From positions 68,882,001-68,946,000 of the forward strand of contig NC_091478.1 of the NCBI RefSeq assembly GCF_036971445.1: 64,000 nt of DNA, given 5' to 3'. Of this stretch, positions 23,566-36,194 are shown piece by piece; positions within the stretch are counted from its first letter, which is position 1, and every line of letters starts with the position of its first letter. The notes under the pieces were generated by a model. It had not been told where the DNA came from, did no database searches, and saw only the letters and a list, made by a program, of their open reading frames with translations. The DNA comes from Narcine bancroftii (Eukaryota). A program made the translations under genes and the position numbers.

Positions 23566-24099
23566 ATGGCCCAGCTCAAGCTCACGGCCTATTTCCCCCA
23601 GATTAAAGCAGCGAGGAGGAGAGACGCGCCGGCGGTGAAGCACAAGGCGGGGAGCGGAGCCGGCACTGGATGGCGGAGGAAGGCAGTGCCCCCCGCTCCG
23701 GTGGGGGACCGGGACAGCCGGCCTCCGGCGTTCATCGAAGCGCCCGAGCTCCAGGGAGGCTTGAAAGCGGAGGCGGCGGCCGGGCGTGGAGGTGACACCC
23801 CCCCCACCCAGGGGGGGTCCGCGCTGGAGTCTCTGGTGACCCCGGTGAAAGGGGAGCAGGCGGGCCCCGGGGCCGATTCGGGAGCAGCCGGACCCGGACC
23901 CGGTGCCGACGGGACGGGTAGGCGGCGGCGCAGCACGGCGAAGAAACGCCACCGCTCCGAGCCGACCGATGAAGGCGAGCCGGCAGGTCCCCGTGCGCAG
24001 CGGCCGCGCCGCGTCCCCTCGGCCCGGAGGTGCCTGGTGCTGCAACCGGACGAGGCGCTTCAGCACACGGGGCCCCTTTCGGAGGCGTCCGAGGCCCCG
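23566..24099 (+). CDS. CDT1: DNA replication licensing factor Cdt1, exon 1
   Basis: MAQLKLTAYFPQIK N-terminal PIP box; RxL-type motif SARRCL; donor CCG|gtaaga, phase 0. Confidence 0.9.
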
Positions 24100-25329
24100 G
24101 TAAGAAGAGACATTCAATTGGGGACGTCCCAAAAACACTCGTCGCTGTTTAGAAAATGGAAGGAGAAAGAAATGGGTCTGCGATTTGAGTCTTTGTCATG
24201 ACCCAAGGAGTCTGTTGGGAAGGGCTCGGTTAATTGGGGGGGGGGGTCTCTGGGCTGACGAGAAGCTTGGAGGTGCTGTGGTTAAAAAAAACCAGCAATG
24301 CTGGAGAAAGTCCGCAGCCTCCAAAGGAGGTAAAGGTATGTTACCTTCACCTCGTGCCTGAGCCCTTCGATAAAGCATCCGAATTAAAGGGGGGGGGAGA
24401 GAAAACAGACCCGACAGCCAGATAAAAGGCTTGAATTTGCAAAGTGAGATTTGGCTTTGCTCTGAAAAGAGGCAGGCAAGAGACTGAAGAGCCTATTTCT
24501 CCCCCTATTGCCCTTATGGTCTTGTGTGCGAGGGGAATGATCATAGGTGGGTGGTGGCTGGCCTGATGGGGACGTGCCCCCAGTATGATTCTGAAGATCG
24601 GCTTTCCTGGGATTCAGGCAGGGCGGGTCTATATTAGTTTGATGGTGGTGGACTGGCCTGTGACCAGTAGTGTGGTGCAGGTATAGCTTTGTTCATCACT
24701 ATTCCTCGTGAATAGATGGAAACTACTTGGTGTGATAGTAAGGTAGCCATTGACTACAAAATGGGTTGTATCGTGCTCCTTGACAAACATAAAAGTAAGA
24801 AATAGGAGTAGTTCATCTAATCCACTGAGCCTGCTCTGCTTTTCAATAAGTTCATGGCTGGTCTGGCCACGGACCTTTCCTATAAATCCTTATATTCCCG
24901 TAATGCTGACTGTTAGAAACTTTCTCCACAAACTAAACATTTCCTCCTATCCACCCATAACCCTTTATTTTTCTTGTAACCAAGCGCCAAAGAGATTTTT
25001 TTAAAAGTCCCTATTGTACCATCTTCCACCACCTCACCTGGCAATGCCTGAGGTAGTCTATTTTGCTCCTTGGCCAGAGAATTTCACAGATTCACCACCC
25101 TGGGAAAAGCAATTCCTCCTTATCTTTATCCAAAATCTACTCTGAATTTTAAGGCGAAGTCCCCAAGTTCTCACCTCACCTACGAAAGGCAACAAATAGA
25201 TAGATTATTGTATATGTTTCTGAAAGACCTTCTTCTGAATTCGGGGAATAAAGACCCAGGCAATTCAGTCATGCCTCAGACTAACCTCAACTCTGGAACA
25301 GCCTAAACATTGGTACTCAACCTTTATTG

Positions 25330-26170
25330 CACTAGGCCCCACTTTAACTTTTCAAAAAAGCATTTGCCCCACCATTAGTGGAAAAAAGTTATATATTCAA
25401 AAGAAGATTTAATTAACTCATTTACTGCAAGTCCACTTCAATGCAATTAAGGGCAGGAATACACTGGAACACATATTTCATATTCAACTACTACTTCAAT
25501 ATGTAAACCCTCGCAAACACACATTCAATAATTGTAGTCACTTCAGTGGGAACCTTGCCCCTGACACTGGGATGCAGATTTTTTTTTGATTCGAGGGATT
25601 AATTTTGTTAGTTTCAATCATAAAATCTCCATGTTTTGTAATTTTCATTCAGTTTTTCTTAGCTTATCACTAACAGCACTGAAGCCACATTCTGCTAAAT
25701 AAGACAATGGAAAATGTATCAATAGTTCCCTTGCTAAAGTAGTCTAATCTTGCATGTTCTGCATTTTTATCTGTTTAAACAGATGTTCACATTTGGCATT
25801 AACTTTAATGGCATTGATGCACTTGATCACAGAATGCAGTATCGTATAGAACAGGGGAAAACTTTTTTGGCAACTAAGTTCTTGGTAGTTAACACAATGC
25901 ACAACCAACAGTGACATAACTTTACTACTCTCCTTGGGGGAAAAAAATCTTTTGAGCAGTTTTCTTCAATGCTGCCAGTGAATTCTTTCAAAATATGGTG
26001 CCGCATTCTAATTGTGTATGTAAAATGTTAGGAATTATTACTTTTAAACACTTTCATTTTATAATTTTAATGTTAGTGATTAAGATTCCACATTTATTAA
26101 ACTTGATTTTCACTGCTAGATAAGTTATTTGTTTAAACTTTCTGTTAAAAATTCGTGTAATTATGTGTAT
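25330..26170 (-). mobile_element. hAT (Buster/Charlie) transposase 3' fragment in CDT1 intron 1
   Basis: 25665-25745 is the reverse complement of the hAT dimerisation-domain sequence at 50990-51060 (FP.SYL.ECGFSAV). Confidence 0.7.
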
Positions 26171-26184
26171 TTTGGAAAGATCGA

Positions 26185-26660
26185 TAAGATTGAACAAGTG
26201 CAAAGACAATTTACAAGGATGCTGGGACTTGAAGAGTTGAGTTACAGAGAGAGGTTGAATGGGCTAGGACTTTATTCCTTGGAGCATCAGTGAATGAGGA
26301 GAGGTTTGATAAGAGGTATACAGAATTATCAGGGTATGGATAGGGTAACTGCATACAGGCTTTTTTTTTAATGGAGGTTCTGTAAGACGAGAACTACAGG
26401 ATGTGTTGAGGGTAAAAGATGAAATGTTCAACAGGATTATTGGGGGGGAATGTCTCCATTCAGAAGGTGGTGAGAGTGTGGAACAAGCTACCAGTGGAAG
26501 TGGTGGATGCGGGTTCAATTTTGAGGTTTAATATTGGAAGTGTATGTGGATGGGAGGAGTAGGGAAGGTTATGGTCTGAGTGCAGGTTGAAGTAATTGTT
26601 TGGCCTGGACTAGATTGGCAAAAGGGCCCGTCTGTGCTGTGGTGTTTAATGGTCCTAATA
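26185..26660 (+). mobile_element. CR1 LINE 3' fragment
   Basis: tttacaaggatgctg..gagttgagttacagagagaggttgaat..ctaggactttattccttggag, typical CR1 C-terminus. Confidence 0.75.
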
Positions 26661-27054
26661 TATGCAGTGTTATGTCCTGACAAATTCAATGTACATTATT
26701 GATGACTGTTCTTTCCAACCTTTCTTGTCAACATGTTTGATTTCAAATTTTTTTCAATTGTTATGTGGTGTCATCAATTTAGTGCTGATTTCCTCTGATA
26801 AATTGCATATTTCCCACTTTCACTGGCTGTGTTACCATCAGAACTTGCTCTCTGATGTATGTATTATAATAAAAGTTGAGAGCCTTGCAGTACAAAATCC
26901 AAATGTAATCTAATTACAATTACCAGGGATGTACTGGAAGCTGGTGATACAAATGCATCTTATTGTGGAAGGTTTCGTTTGTTGAGTTATATAGGTTAGG
27001 ATAATATTGTGGGCCGAAGGGCCGGCACTGTAATGTTCTATGTTTACCTTTCAG

Positions 27055-27141
27055 GATTCACCTGCACATGAGACCACAATTTTGAATCAAGGAATTTCCA
27101 ACTTTCCAAGATTACAAAATTTAAGCAGAAATAGCCAGCAG
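27055..27141 (+). CDS. CDT1: Cdt1 exon 2
   Basis: tttcag|GAT...CAG|gtaaga; 87 bp, open, phase 0-0; poorly conserved region, inferred from splice sites. Confidence 0.75.
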
Positions 27142-27305
27142 GTAAGAAATTTGAACAAAACCCATCAACCTGTGGCCTGTGATACACCTGGCCTTGGTGT
27201 TCTGTTGAATCAATAGAAAAGCCGACTGATAATTTCAGATTCTGAAACTAAATATTAAAGGAATTTATGTTGAAAACACTTGTCTTCAATTTGTTTGTGG
27301 TGTAG

Positions 27306-27526
27306 GTTCTGACTGTGCCTAAAAAGGAAGGTCTTTCAGCTTTAAAAAGCCAGCTGCAAAGAATTCGGAAGTTCAACCATAATGCTAAATTACTTGTTCC
27401 TTCTGAATTGAGTACTGATACCAAGAATCGTCTTAAACTGGTTCGTGAACTGCAATCGAAAGTACAAGAAAACAAAGAGCAGAAAAAGACAAAAGAGCAG
27501 GATGAAAAGTTAGGTGTGGATGAAAG
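27306..27526 (+). CDS. CDT1: Cdt1 exon 3
   Basis: tgtag|GTT...AG|gtgagg; LKSQLQRIRK...LKNRLK-like (TKNRLKLVREL); phase fits exon 4. Confidence 0.85.
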
Positions 27527-27653
27527 GTGAGGAGAAAACAAGTTTTAATAAAAACTTGTAGAACAATGTAAAAATACAAAGCAGCAAGCCTGTAAAAGTC
27601 TTCAGTTCATGTTTAATTGATCACAGCTGCCTTCCTAATTCATTTCCTTCCAG

Positions 27654-27848
27654 GGTGAAGGCCCCAGCATACCAGCGTTTCCACAACTTAGCACAGGATG
27701 TCCCCCCGGGCTTGGCTTTGCCTTTCAAATACAAGGTGTTGGCAGAGATGTTCCGTTGTATGGACACTGTTGTGAGCATATTGTTCAATCGCTTGGAGAT
27801 CATTACCTTTGCTAAGGTGAAACAAGGTGTTCAGGACATGATGCGGAA
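27654..27848 (+). CDS. CDT1: Cdt1 exon 4 (geminin-binding domain start)
   Basis: [39 protein letters not shown]...QGVQDMMRK. Confidence 0.97.
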
Positions 27849-29365
27849 GTGAGTACGGATCAGATTAGCATCTAGTATGAACTCTAGTGACTCTGTTTGG
27901 AGATATCTATTTCTGTCCTTGGCTATCAGAAAATATTAATTGAAAAGAAGTTTGTGTGCAGAGCTACAATTTATAATTCATTCCAAGAAATACTTTTTTT
28001 TAATGATTATCAATTGACATCGAATAAATGCTTTCCAAAACACCATTGAAAGCTTTGTGATTATAAAATTGGGTATCAGGCAACAATCTCTCAGAAGTGA
28101 TATTTTAGATTGAATATTTAAAAACAAAATGAAGGAACTATTGAAATGTTACTGATGGAGCAGAACACCATAGGAAAAGATGTGCTGATCATGTTGCTAA
28201 ACTGAACTAATACCATGATTCATATCCTTATTCACAGATATGACTAAATGCCTCTTGCATGTAACTCTTGTGTCTCTCCACACCCTTTTCCCCGATGGCA
28301 TGTTTCAGCATCTATAAACACTCTCAATGTAAAAAGAAACAAAAATATCATGGTCTCTTATTTAAACTTTCTGCCTTTCACCTTAAAGCTGTGCCTTCTA
28401 CACCCTGAGGATTATCCATCTTGTCCTTGCATCTCTAATTTTATAAACTATCAGGTTTTTGATCAATCTCTGTTCAGAGAAAACAATTTTGGTGTGTTCA
28501 GCCTTGTAACTGATGTTTATGTTCAGATGGAAGCTGTTTAAGACATCTCATTCAATGTGTTGGTGTGACAATTTTGCAAGAATATTATCAGAATGTTCAT
28601 CAGTTCTATTTAACACCACAAAAGTTACACAATATGAATTGTATTTATTCAGATTTATGTTTAGATGTCGTCAAGTTGGTACTTTTTTGCATTCAACTTG
28701 GCAATGTTCCACAATTAAACCTTTTTGGCTTGAAATGGGTAATTTATTAGAATGAATAACTGGAGTAAGATTCCCACAGGATCCATTGTAATTTTTACTG
28801 GGAGATGTGAGAGGGATTAAAATTTGTTCAAATTGCTTTGGCAATGGCGAGCAAATTTTGTTGCTATAACTTGGAAGTCAGATACTGATCTGGGAATGGA
28901 TAGATGGCATGCAGAAGTTTGGAGTTCTATTCCACTTGAGAAAATCCTGTTGAACATTTTATCTTTTACCCTCAATCTCTTATAATTTAAGAGGTAAATA
29001 TACATTTTGTGAAATATGGAGCCCATATTTACAAACTGTTGGTATTAAAATTTAAATGTATCTTGAACATTCCCTTTCTCTTATAGGTCTCTAAACTTTT
29101 ATATGTTTAAAAGTATCGGAAAGTGAAGTACTCCTGTTGTGGTTTTCTTGTCCTTTTTTTTTAGTTTATAGGTTTTTCTTTTTTAAACTTTTCTTAATAA
29201 AATACCACATGTATTTGGATTAAGTTTGAAATATTGTGACATGTTTGCTAAGTAGTTTTATATTAAAGTATATATCAAAATGCTTACAAACTAATACAAT
29301 ATATTGGAAAATTAATTGCTGGTTATGTTAGCTTACAAACAGTTAATCTTGGAATATCTTTGTAG

Positions 29366-29511
29366 ACAATTTGAACAGCGAAATATCGGACAGATTAAAA
29401 CGGTTTACCCATCTGGATACAAATTTAGACAGGAAAAGGGAATCCGAACATGGAATGACTGTGTAAAGAAATCCAGCTACCAGCTCACCATCGATCCTGT
29501 GTTTGAAGGAG
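29366..29511 (+). CDS. CDT1: Cdt1 exon 5
   Basis: QFEQRNIGQIKTVYPSGYKFRQEK...SSYQLTIDP; ag/gt boundaries. Confidence 0.96.
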
Positions 29512-31204
29512 GTAAATGCTCTTCTCAGGGCTAAGAGTGAATTATATTGGATATTTTCTGGCTTTGTCATTTATGGTTTTTTTTAAACATAGACTTTGTA
29601 TGATTTTACCATTCTGATGAGTGTCTGACATCTTGCCATTGGTCATTCACACGGGAACGACCAAAATTGCAAATCTCCATTTCTGTCCGCGATTTTAGAC
29701 AGCATACCTGGCATTCTCCAAACAAAAAAAGCGCAACGTGTAACTCAGCGGTGTCTGTGTCTAATGTCACGTATAATATACAGTATTTATCAGCGTGTTA
29801 GACCCATTTGTTTTACCCAAAATATGGCTCAAAAATATTCTCCATGTTTTGTCTGCCAGGTTGAAATTAGGGTAATTTCAACCTGACAGTAATCCTGCCA
29901 GTCCCTGCACTGGTCACTGTTGTATTGAGAAAGTGTCTGGTCCATGAGAGATGAGTCTGAACACAAGGGTTTGCTATCAAATGTCACTTTTATTAAAACA
30001 CAACACGCATGGAAATAAAGCATATACGCGCACAATGTGTAAAGGAGCTTGCAAAAATGCACAATTCATAAAGGAGTGTGGGAATAATGCTTTGTGATTG
30101 CCCTCACAATCTAGCAGACCTGGCGTCAAATCTGGGGTTAGGGTTCAGGTTAGTTTGTCAATATGTGGGCAGCAGGATAATCATCCCTCTTATTTTCACT
30201 GGTCTCTGAGGTTTTGCATCACTGTAGATAGCCACTTTTGGTCAGTCCATGCTTTCATTTCTAGCTTGCTTCTTTCTAGCTCTTAGTGGGATTAGTTGTG
30301 CATTTTGATATGTCCTGATGTATCTGGATAGTGGGTGACCTTGTGTTCACACCTTGGGGTTAGATTTGGGATAGTGTTAGGGTTCAGCATGTGGCTGGAG
30401 TTAGAGCTAGGGTCAGTGTTAGGGTTAGGCTTAGCAGCCCACATCAACATAGAGAAGGCAGTGGACTGCCAGGACAGCGGGTTGTGTGAAATAGCAGGCA
30501 GCAGACCACTGAGACAGCGGGCTGCGGGAAAGTCCAAGCAACAGGCCACCGGAGAGAGCAGTCAGCAGTTTAAAAAAAAAAAAAAAAATTACAAATATAC
30601 TAAAAATTAAGGTAGACAATACACTTTGACCTGAGTTGGTTTGGGAATGCCTGCAGTTTATTTTAGACTGCAGGCATTCTGGGAAATTGACAAGGAGTCT
30701 AAGAGGAAAACTGTTGGAACAGGCATGGGACCCTCATTCCCATTCCAAGCTTTTTACATGGCATGTGTTCTGGGGAAATGGGAATAATTTCCTGAAACAC
30801 AGCAGCTGAGTTTTTAATAAAAACATCTTTGTCTATCTTCAGTCACATTTGCATTTCAAGAGGGGACAGAAGGTCTAGACAAAAGGTGTCTAGTTGGTGA
30901 GATAAACAAGAATTGAAGCAGCAGTTGAATCAGCCCTCCTCTCAAGGTTGGGTGCTTTTCTGCTTCTCCCCCTTGGGTATCACTTCCTTGCTCTCAGCAC
31001 CTCCGGAACTTGAACAGCAATTATGAACCATTTTTTAAAATCTATGGCCCCCATGGGACTCTGCTCAAAGTTTATGGGCCCCATTCCTTGTGAAGCAGTT
31101 ATTTAGTTGGTTTCTTCCGTATTTCTCTTACTACTGGTGACCTATAATGTCAGTCTGTGGCCCACCCTTAAATATGCTGTGTCCGCTATTAAGAATGGCT
31201 GCTC

Positions 31205-31318
31205 CTTCTCCGTCTGGTTCGGAAGTGCTCTGTCCTTCTGATCGAAGCTAAGGCCGAATCCCACCCGGCGACTAGCAGCAAAAAAGAAAAGAAAATGAAA
31301 TTAAAAGAAAAAAAACAA
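31205..31318 (+). mobile_element. Short retroposed insertion with A-rich tail and 14 bp TSD
   Basis: aagaatggctgctc (31191-31204) / aagactggctgctc (31319-31332) flank a ~75 nt body plus A tail. Confidence 0.7.
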
Positions 31319-32301
31319 AAGACTGGCTGCTCGAGAGTGTACTCTTGACCTGTGGAAAAGAATTCATTTAATTTTAAATAAATGAAACTACCCAGACACT
31401 TTTGGCTATTGCAAGTTCTGTGCGATCTCCCTTTCTCCAGCCCTCTAACACCCAGAATTGATTCAGTTTGGAATTACGTGACTGTTGGGAGATGATGTAC
31501 CTGTTAATCTTAGTTTATTGAGGCAAAGCATCTTAAATCACTCAGGATGTCTCATCTGAAAGTTGGTGATGGTTTCTGAAAAGTTGATGGATTGTATGGT
31601 TAGTGAGTGACTGAAATCCTTCATCAGTTGGTGACAATTATTCTCCCAAGTCAATGTCCATTTTCCAGCCTTTCTAATGGAAAGTTCAAATATGTGCAGC
31701 CCGATCAGATTTTTTTGCCTCAATCTAATTGACTGCTAGTTTACCTTGAAGATGTACCCCTTTTTATAGATGTGTCAGGAGAAAGTACCTCTCAGCATCT
31801 GCCCTGTCAAGTCTTTTGAATCTTGCATTACTCTAAGGGACTCTAAATCCAATCTACTTGATCTTTCCAAAGATATTCCTCCCATGAAGTCAATCCTATG
31901 ACATCTAGTGCCCCACCATAAGATAAAATGACACACTTGTCCTATTTGTTGCTTTTTTAAAAAAATATTTTTTCCTTCAATTTTAGGTTAATAACTGATT
32001 AGCTAATTATTTAATAGTTGTATTTTTCTAGCTTTTTAAAATTGCTGTCCCAGCTTTTAAAAAAAAAAACTTAGCTTTGCACTTTCTGGTTATCAAGCAG
32101 CAGTGTGGTCACTCCTTGCTTGTATTTTGTTAATTTAGCTCCTTTTTGTTGCTTTAATTCAAGTCTCGTTCTTCACGGGGTGTTGGGGGGGGGTGGGGTG
32201 GTGGTGGGTGGTAGTAGAGCTGAAGGATATTTTTGGTTGAATGTCTTATTTATGAATGCCTTTTTCCTGCTTTCCCCCCCACCCCCCCCACCCCTTTCAA
32301 G

Positions 32302-32405
32302 AGGAGAATTCAGAAGGCCACACACAACTAACCGCTTCTCTCATGCTTCAGCGCCGTCGCATTTTCATTCGAAACTTGACAAACTTGGTCAAGCAATACC
32401 ATAAG
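32302..32405 (+). CDS. CDT1: Cdt1 exon 6
   Basis: QLTASLMLQRRRIFIRNLTNLVKQYHK|gtaagc. Confidence 0.95.
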
Positions 32406-33004
32406 GTAAGCTTCTCTGTCCTGTCTTCAAGCTATGGTGCCTGACATTTTTGGTATCAATACTTGTGTTGCCAGCACACTGGCAATGATGCTAGGTTCTG
32501 CCATCTAGTCTGTCCAAGGACAGTTTGTTTTAATTCTAGAAGGAATACTTCTGATCTGTAGTGCCATGGAAAGCATGTTTAGTGTGGAAGTGCATTCAAT
32601 TATATTTTTAAAAAGAGCAGATTAAGATTTGGCTCAACATTAATTCATTTAAGAAGCTTAATTAAGCATATTTTGAATGCTCATGGTATGACTTGGATTG
32701 ATTTTGTGGTGGTCAATGGGGAATTGTCTGACATAATTCAACTGATTTGTTGTTAAGGACATTCTCTGGTTTGTGACCCTTCACATCCAGGTATTTTAAA
32801 AAAAGTTGTGTCTTGCACTGATCTTAAAAAGTAGTGTCTTGCTGATCTTGCATTTATTCCTTTTATCAGTGTCTGTACACTACAACAAAACACAATGCAA
32901 CCTTCAATGGTACTTGCAGGTTCCTAACATGACAGACTATCTCAATAGAAGGTGACAGCAGATGTGTGCAAACACCACTATTTCCAACTCCTAGGGAATG
33001 CACA

Positions 33005-33459
33005 AGGCTCTTTCAAACTGCCATGTGAAATGGGGTTAACCGATCGATTTGCATGGTTAGCAACTGAATTACATGGCGATTTGTAAGGGTCCAAATAGGT
33101 CCTTGTCCTACCTCAGGGGTGGTTAGGGAACCCTGTAAAACTTACTAGCACCCAGGACCGGTTACTCTGGTGATGTGTGTGCTTGCATTGCAGGGAAACC
33201 CCTGGCTGAGGTGCTCCTGTCGCGATTGGGGGGAAGAGTGGGGGCCATGATCGGGGTGTGGCAGTGGCCACAGCTGCAATTAGGGTGGGCATGGGGGGGG
33301 GGGGGGGTTGCAGTGTGCCACTGCTGTGAACGCCATGCTGGTTCGCAGCAACGATTCAATGCAGGAGGAATGGCAGTCTTCCTTGTCCATTATCCTCCAT
33401 GCTGCTAGAACTGCAGAGTCCCAAGAGGGATACCCGGGTGCTGTAATTTGAAAGCACCT
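33005..33459. mobile_element. Harbinger-type MITE, same family as 55075-55641
   Basis: Left end aggctctttcaaactgccatgtgaaatggggttaacc; right end tttgaaagcacct. Confidence 0.65.
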
Positions 33460-33478
33460 ACTGTTTGTTCATTGCTAA

Positions 33479-34481
33479 TGTTATGAGCCCAGAGGACCCC
33501 AATATCCAGCAGCAATAGATATTCATCAAGATAAATGGTTACTTAAACAAAAGTTGCTTTTAATTATCTTTAAACATGAAAACAGAATCAAACTTTAACT
33601 TATTACTATTAACTTTACCCACTTCTAATTCTAAGCGCACATGTATGTAAGTTCAGAAAAGTTCTTTGATTCACAGTCCAATCTCACTTCACTCCACCAA
33701 GTTCACCAGTATCAGGCAATTCTTAAACTGTGCAGAGAATTTAACATTTATGAAATTTCACCAGGCTTTTGTGCTTGAAATGTCAATGGTTACTGCTCAG
33801 AAAGGTTTTTGTTGGGTTTCAGAGAGATTTGTTGCTTGTTGGACACAAACTGATTCCTTCCGATCAACCACTTCAATGTCTTGCTGAAGAAACTTACCCC
33901 ATCAGGGTTTTCCAAATGATAACCTCTTTCTTTCAGGTCACCACTGAGTTCCTTTTTTTCCCCCTTATTTCAAGTGAAACATTATACAGCCAGTCCTCTC
34001 TTATGTGGACCACAATGGCTTTGACCAGGCTGAAGTAAGAACTCACAACCTGTCTTCAAAATGGGGTGTCTCCACAAGCTTGCCAGCTTGTCATGTTCCA
34101 GTCCCAGCTGCTACTGTAGAAGTCTTCCCTCCCTCTCTCTCGCTCAGAGAAAACCACATGGCCCTCTTAGAACAGCCAATTGCCTTCTGACAGACTGCGG
34201 TACTGGACCTAATCATCCGAGTCCGTTCATCTGTTGCTTTCCAAAACAATAATCCATCACTCCAGTGTGTCCAATTAACATCTACTTGTGAAGTCATTCT
34301 TCAAAGCTTTTGCAAAGGCACTCGGAGCCTGGACTGTCTGGCTTGAGCAGAGCTCTGGCATTTTAAATGAGATCTGTTTTGAAGTGTTTGAATATGATGT
34401 ACACTTAAAAAAAATCTGCCACCATTTATCTCCTTTAAAACATATCTATATACAATAGAAAATATAACATAATTTGTCACA
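33479..34481. mobile_element. LTR-like repeat of ~1 kb
   Basis: TGTTA...TCACA termini; no convincing TSD. Confidence 0.35.
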
Positions 34482-35522
34482 CTGCTTTATCAAAATCCTG
34501 GAACAACAAGAGTAGTTGCACTGCTGGTGTACCTTCAATGTGTGAACTACAAGAGTTAACGAAAATTCTCAAATTTTTGGATTGGTATTCTAGTACAGAA
34601 CCAAGGGTGCGCTACTTTGGAAGTGTCTTCTTTTAGGTGATGTCAAGTGGACACTCTGTTGTGCTAATAAATTAATGCAAAGTTTCTATGGCCTTGAAGA
34701 TTGGGAGATTTATCTCTGCCGGAGAAAACAGGTTCTAATTCATTGTTTGAAAGCATGATGATGAATTACTGTTACATTATTGTTTGCTTACAGCAGTAAC
34801 TGCAATTTTCCATGTGTACTTCATTGGCTGTGTGCATTTAAAAAAAATCCTTTGGCACTCCATCCATGCTCATTTTCTTGTACATTTGCATAATTTCAGA
34901 AGTAGCAGAGAGGCCAGTAAAAGTTGACCTTGCCAGTAGTGCTCACAGCCCATAATACAGAAATTGTGCAGTTGAAACTCTGAGGGATAAACCCATTAGT
35001 TGGTGTCTGCTTTAGTTTATCAGTGAGCAATACTCGTAGAAGATTGCTGTACTTTTTTCTGCTAATAATTTCTCTTAAGTATTTCTGAGTTGTTAATTCT
35101 GCAAAGGCCTGGTGCAAAAGGGGTGTTTGTTGTCTCCCAACATGTTCCTGCAGTAAAATAACAGTTCTTGCATTGCAAACTCCAGGATATAAAAGATAAA
35201 ATTTCATGAAGTCCATAAATGCTCATCAAGACAATTCCCTTGTGAACATTTGAAACATTGACAAAAATAGGAATCAGGAAAAACTTAAATATTGCCACAG
35301 GCGGTTGTGGAGCCTTCGTCATTGGGTGTATTTAAGGCGGAGATTGATAGGTTCTTGATTAGCCAGGGCATCAAAGGTTGAGGGGAGAATGCTGATGAGT
35401 GGGAAAATGGATCAGCTCAGGATTTAATGGTGAGGTAGACTCGATGGGCTGAATAGCCCATTTCTGCTCCATTGTCTAAGGTTTTTTTTAATTACGACAC
35501 ATTTTATTTTTTCCCCTCCAAG

Positions 35523-35711
35523 ATATTTTTGGCTTCGCTTAATCCTCCGATGTATGTTCCCGATGACAAGTTAACACGATGGCACCCACGTTTTAATGTG
35601 GATGAAGTTCCAGACATTGTTGCTGCTGAACTTCCACAGCCTCCAGATTTTAAAAAGCTAACAACTGCTCAGGAAGTACTGGATAAAGCTCACAGCATGA
35701 TGAGCTCAAAG
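35523..35711 (+). CDS. CDT1: Cdt1 exon 7
   Basis: [47 protein letters not shown]. Confidence 0.97.
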
Positions 35712-36194
35712 GTACCACTTAATGTTTTTAAAAACCTGTAAATTATTTGGTGAGTTCAGTCTTTGTGGAGGGGCAGAGATGGGAAAAATTTTGTTAAAGT
35801 ATGGTAGTTTCAGTTGACTACATAAAAACATTTGCTAAGTGAGGTGAAAAAAAAACTTGGTGGGGGGGGGGGGCAGCAGAGCCCTGGTTAGAATGGCTGT
35901 TGGGGGTGACATTCATATTATGTTGTTCAAGTTTTAAAAAAAAACTTGACCTTATAGAATTCACAAGCCACTACCCAAAATTTTTAGATGTGCATTTAAA
36001 TTTACTCTTATTCTATATCAATTTGTTCTTTACTTTGAAGTATATAATTTTAAAGCATGGAAACAGCTGCAGCAGCCCAAGTTGTCTCCCTAATAAGCAA
36101 GTCCCGATTACCTGTGTTCAGGAAATAGCTGTAAAAACCTTTCCTATTCATGTACCTGTTGAATGTCTTTCAAATGTTAGAGTTGGCCATGCTT

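Larger units (their letters stand above)
23240..24150. promoter_or_regulatory. CpG island covering the CDT1 promoter and exon 1
   Basis: Visibly GC- and CpG-rich against an AT-rich background. Confidence 0.85.

Noticed and set aside
23197-24138. 313 aa antisense ORF and other alternative-frame ORFs over CDT1 exon 1
   Set aside because: Expected in GC-rich CpG-island DNA; no recognisable domain and a non-ATG start.
30340-30435. Interstitial telomere-like gggttag repeats
   Set aside because: Highly degenerate and short, apparently part of a dispersed repeat; no (TTAGGG)n tract.
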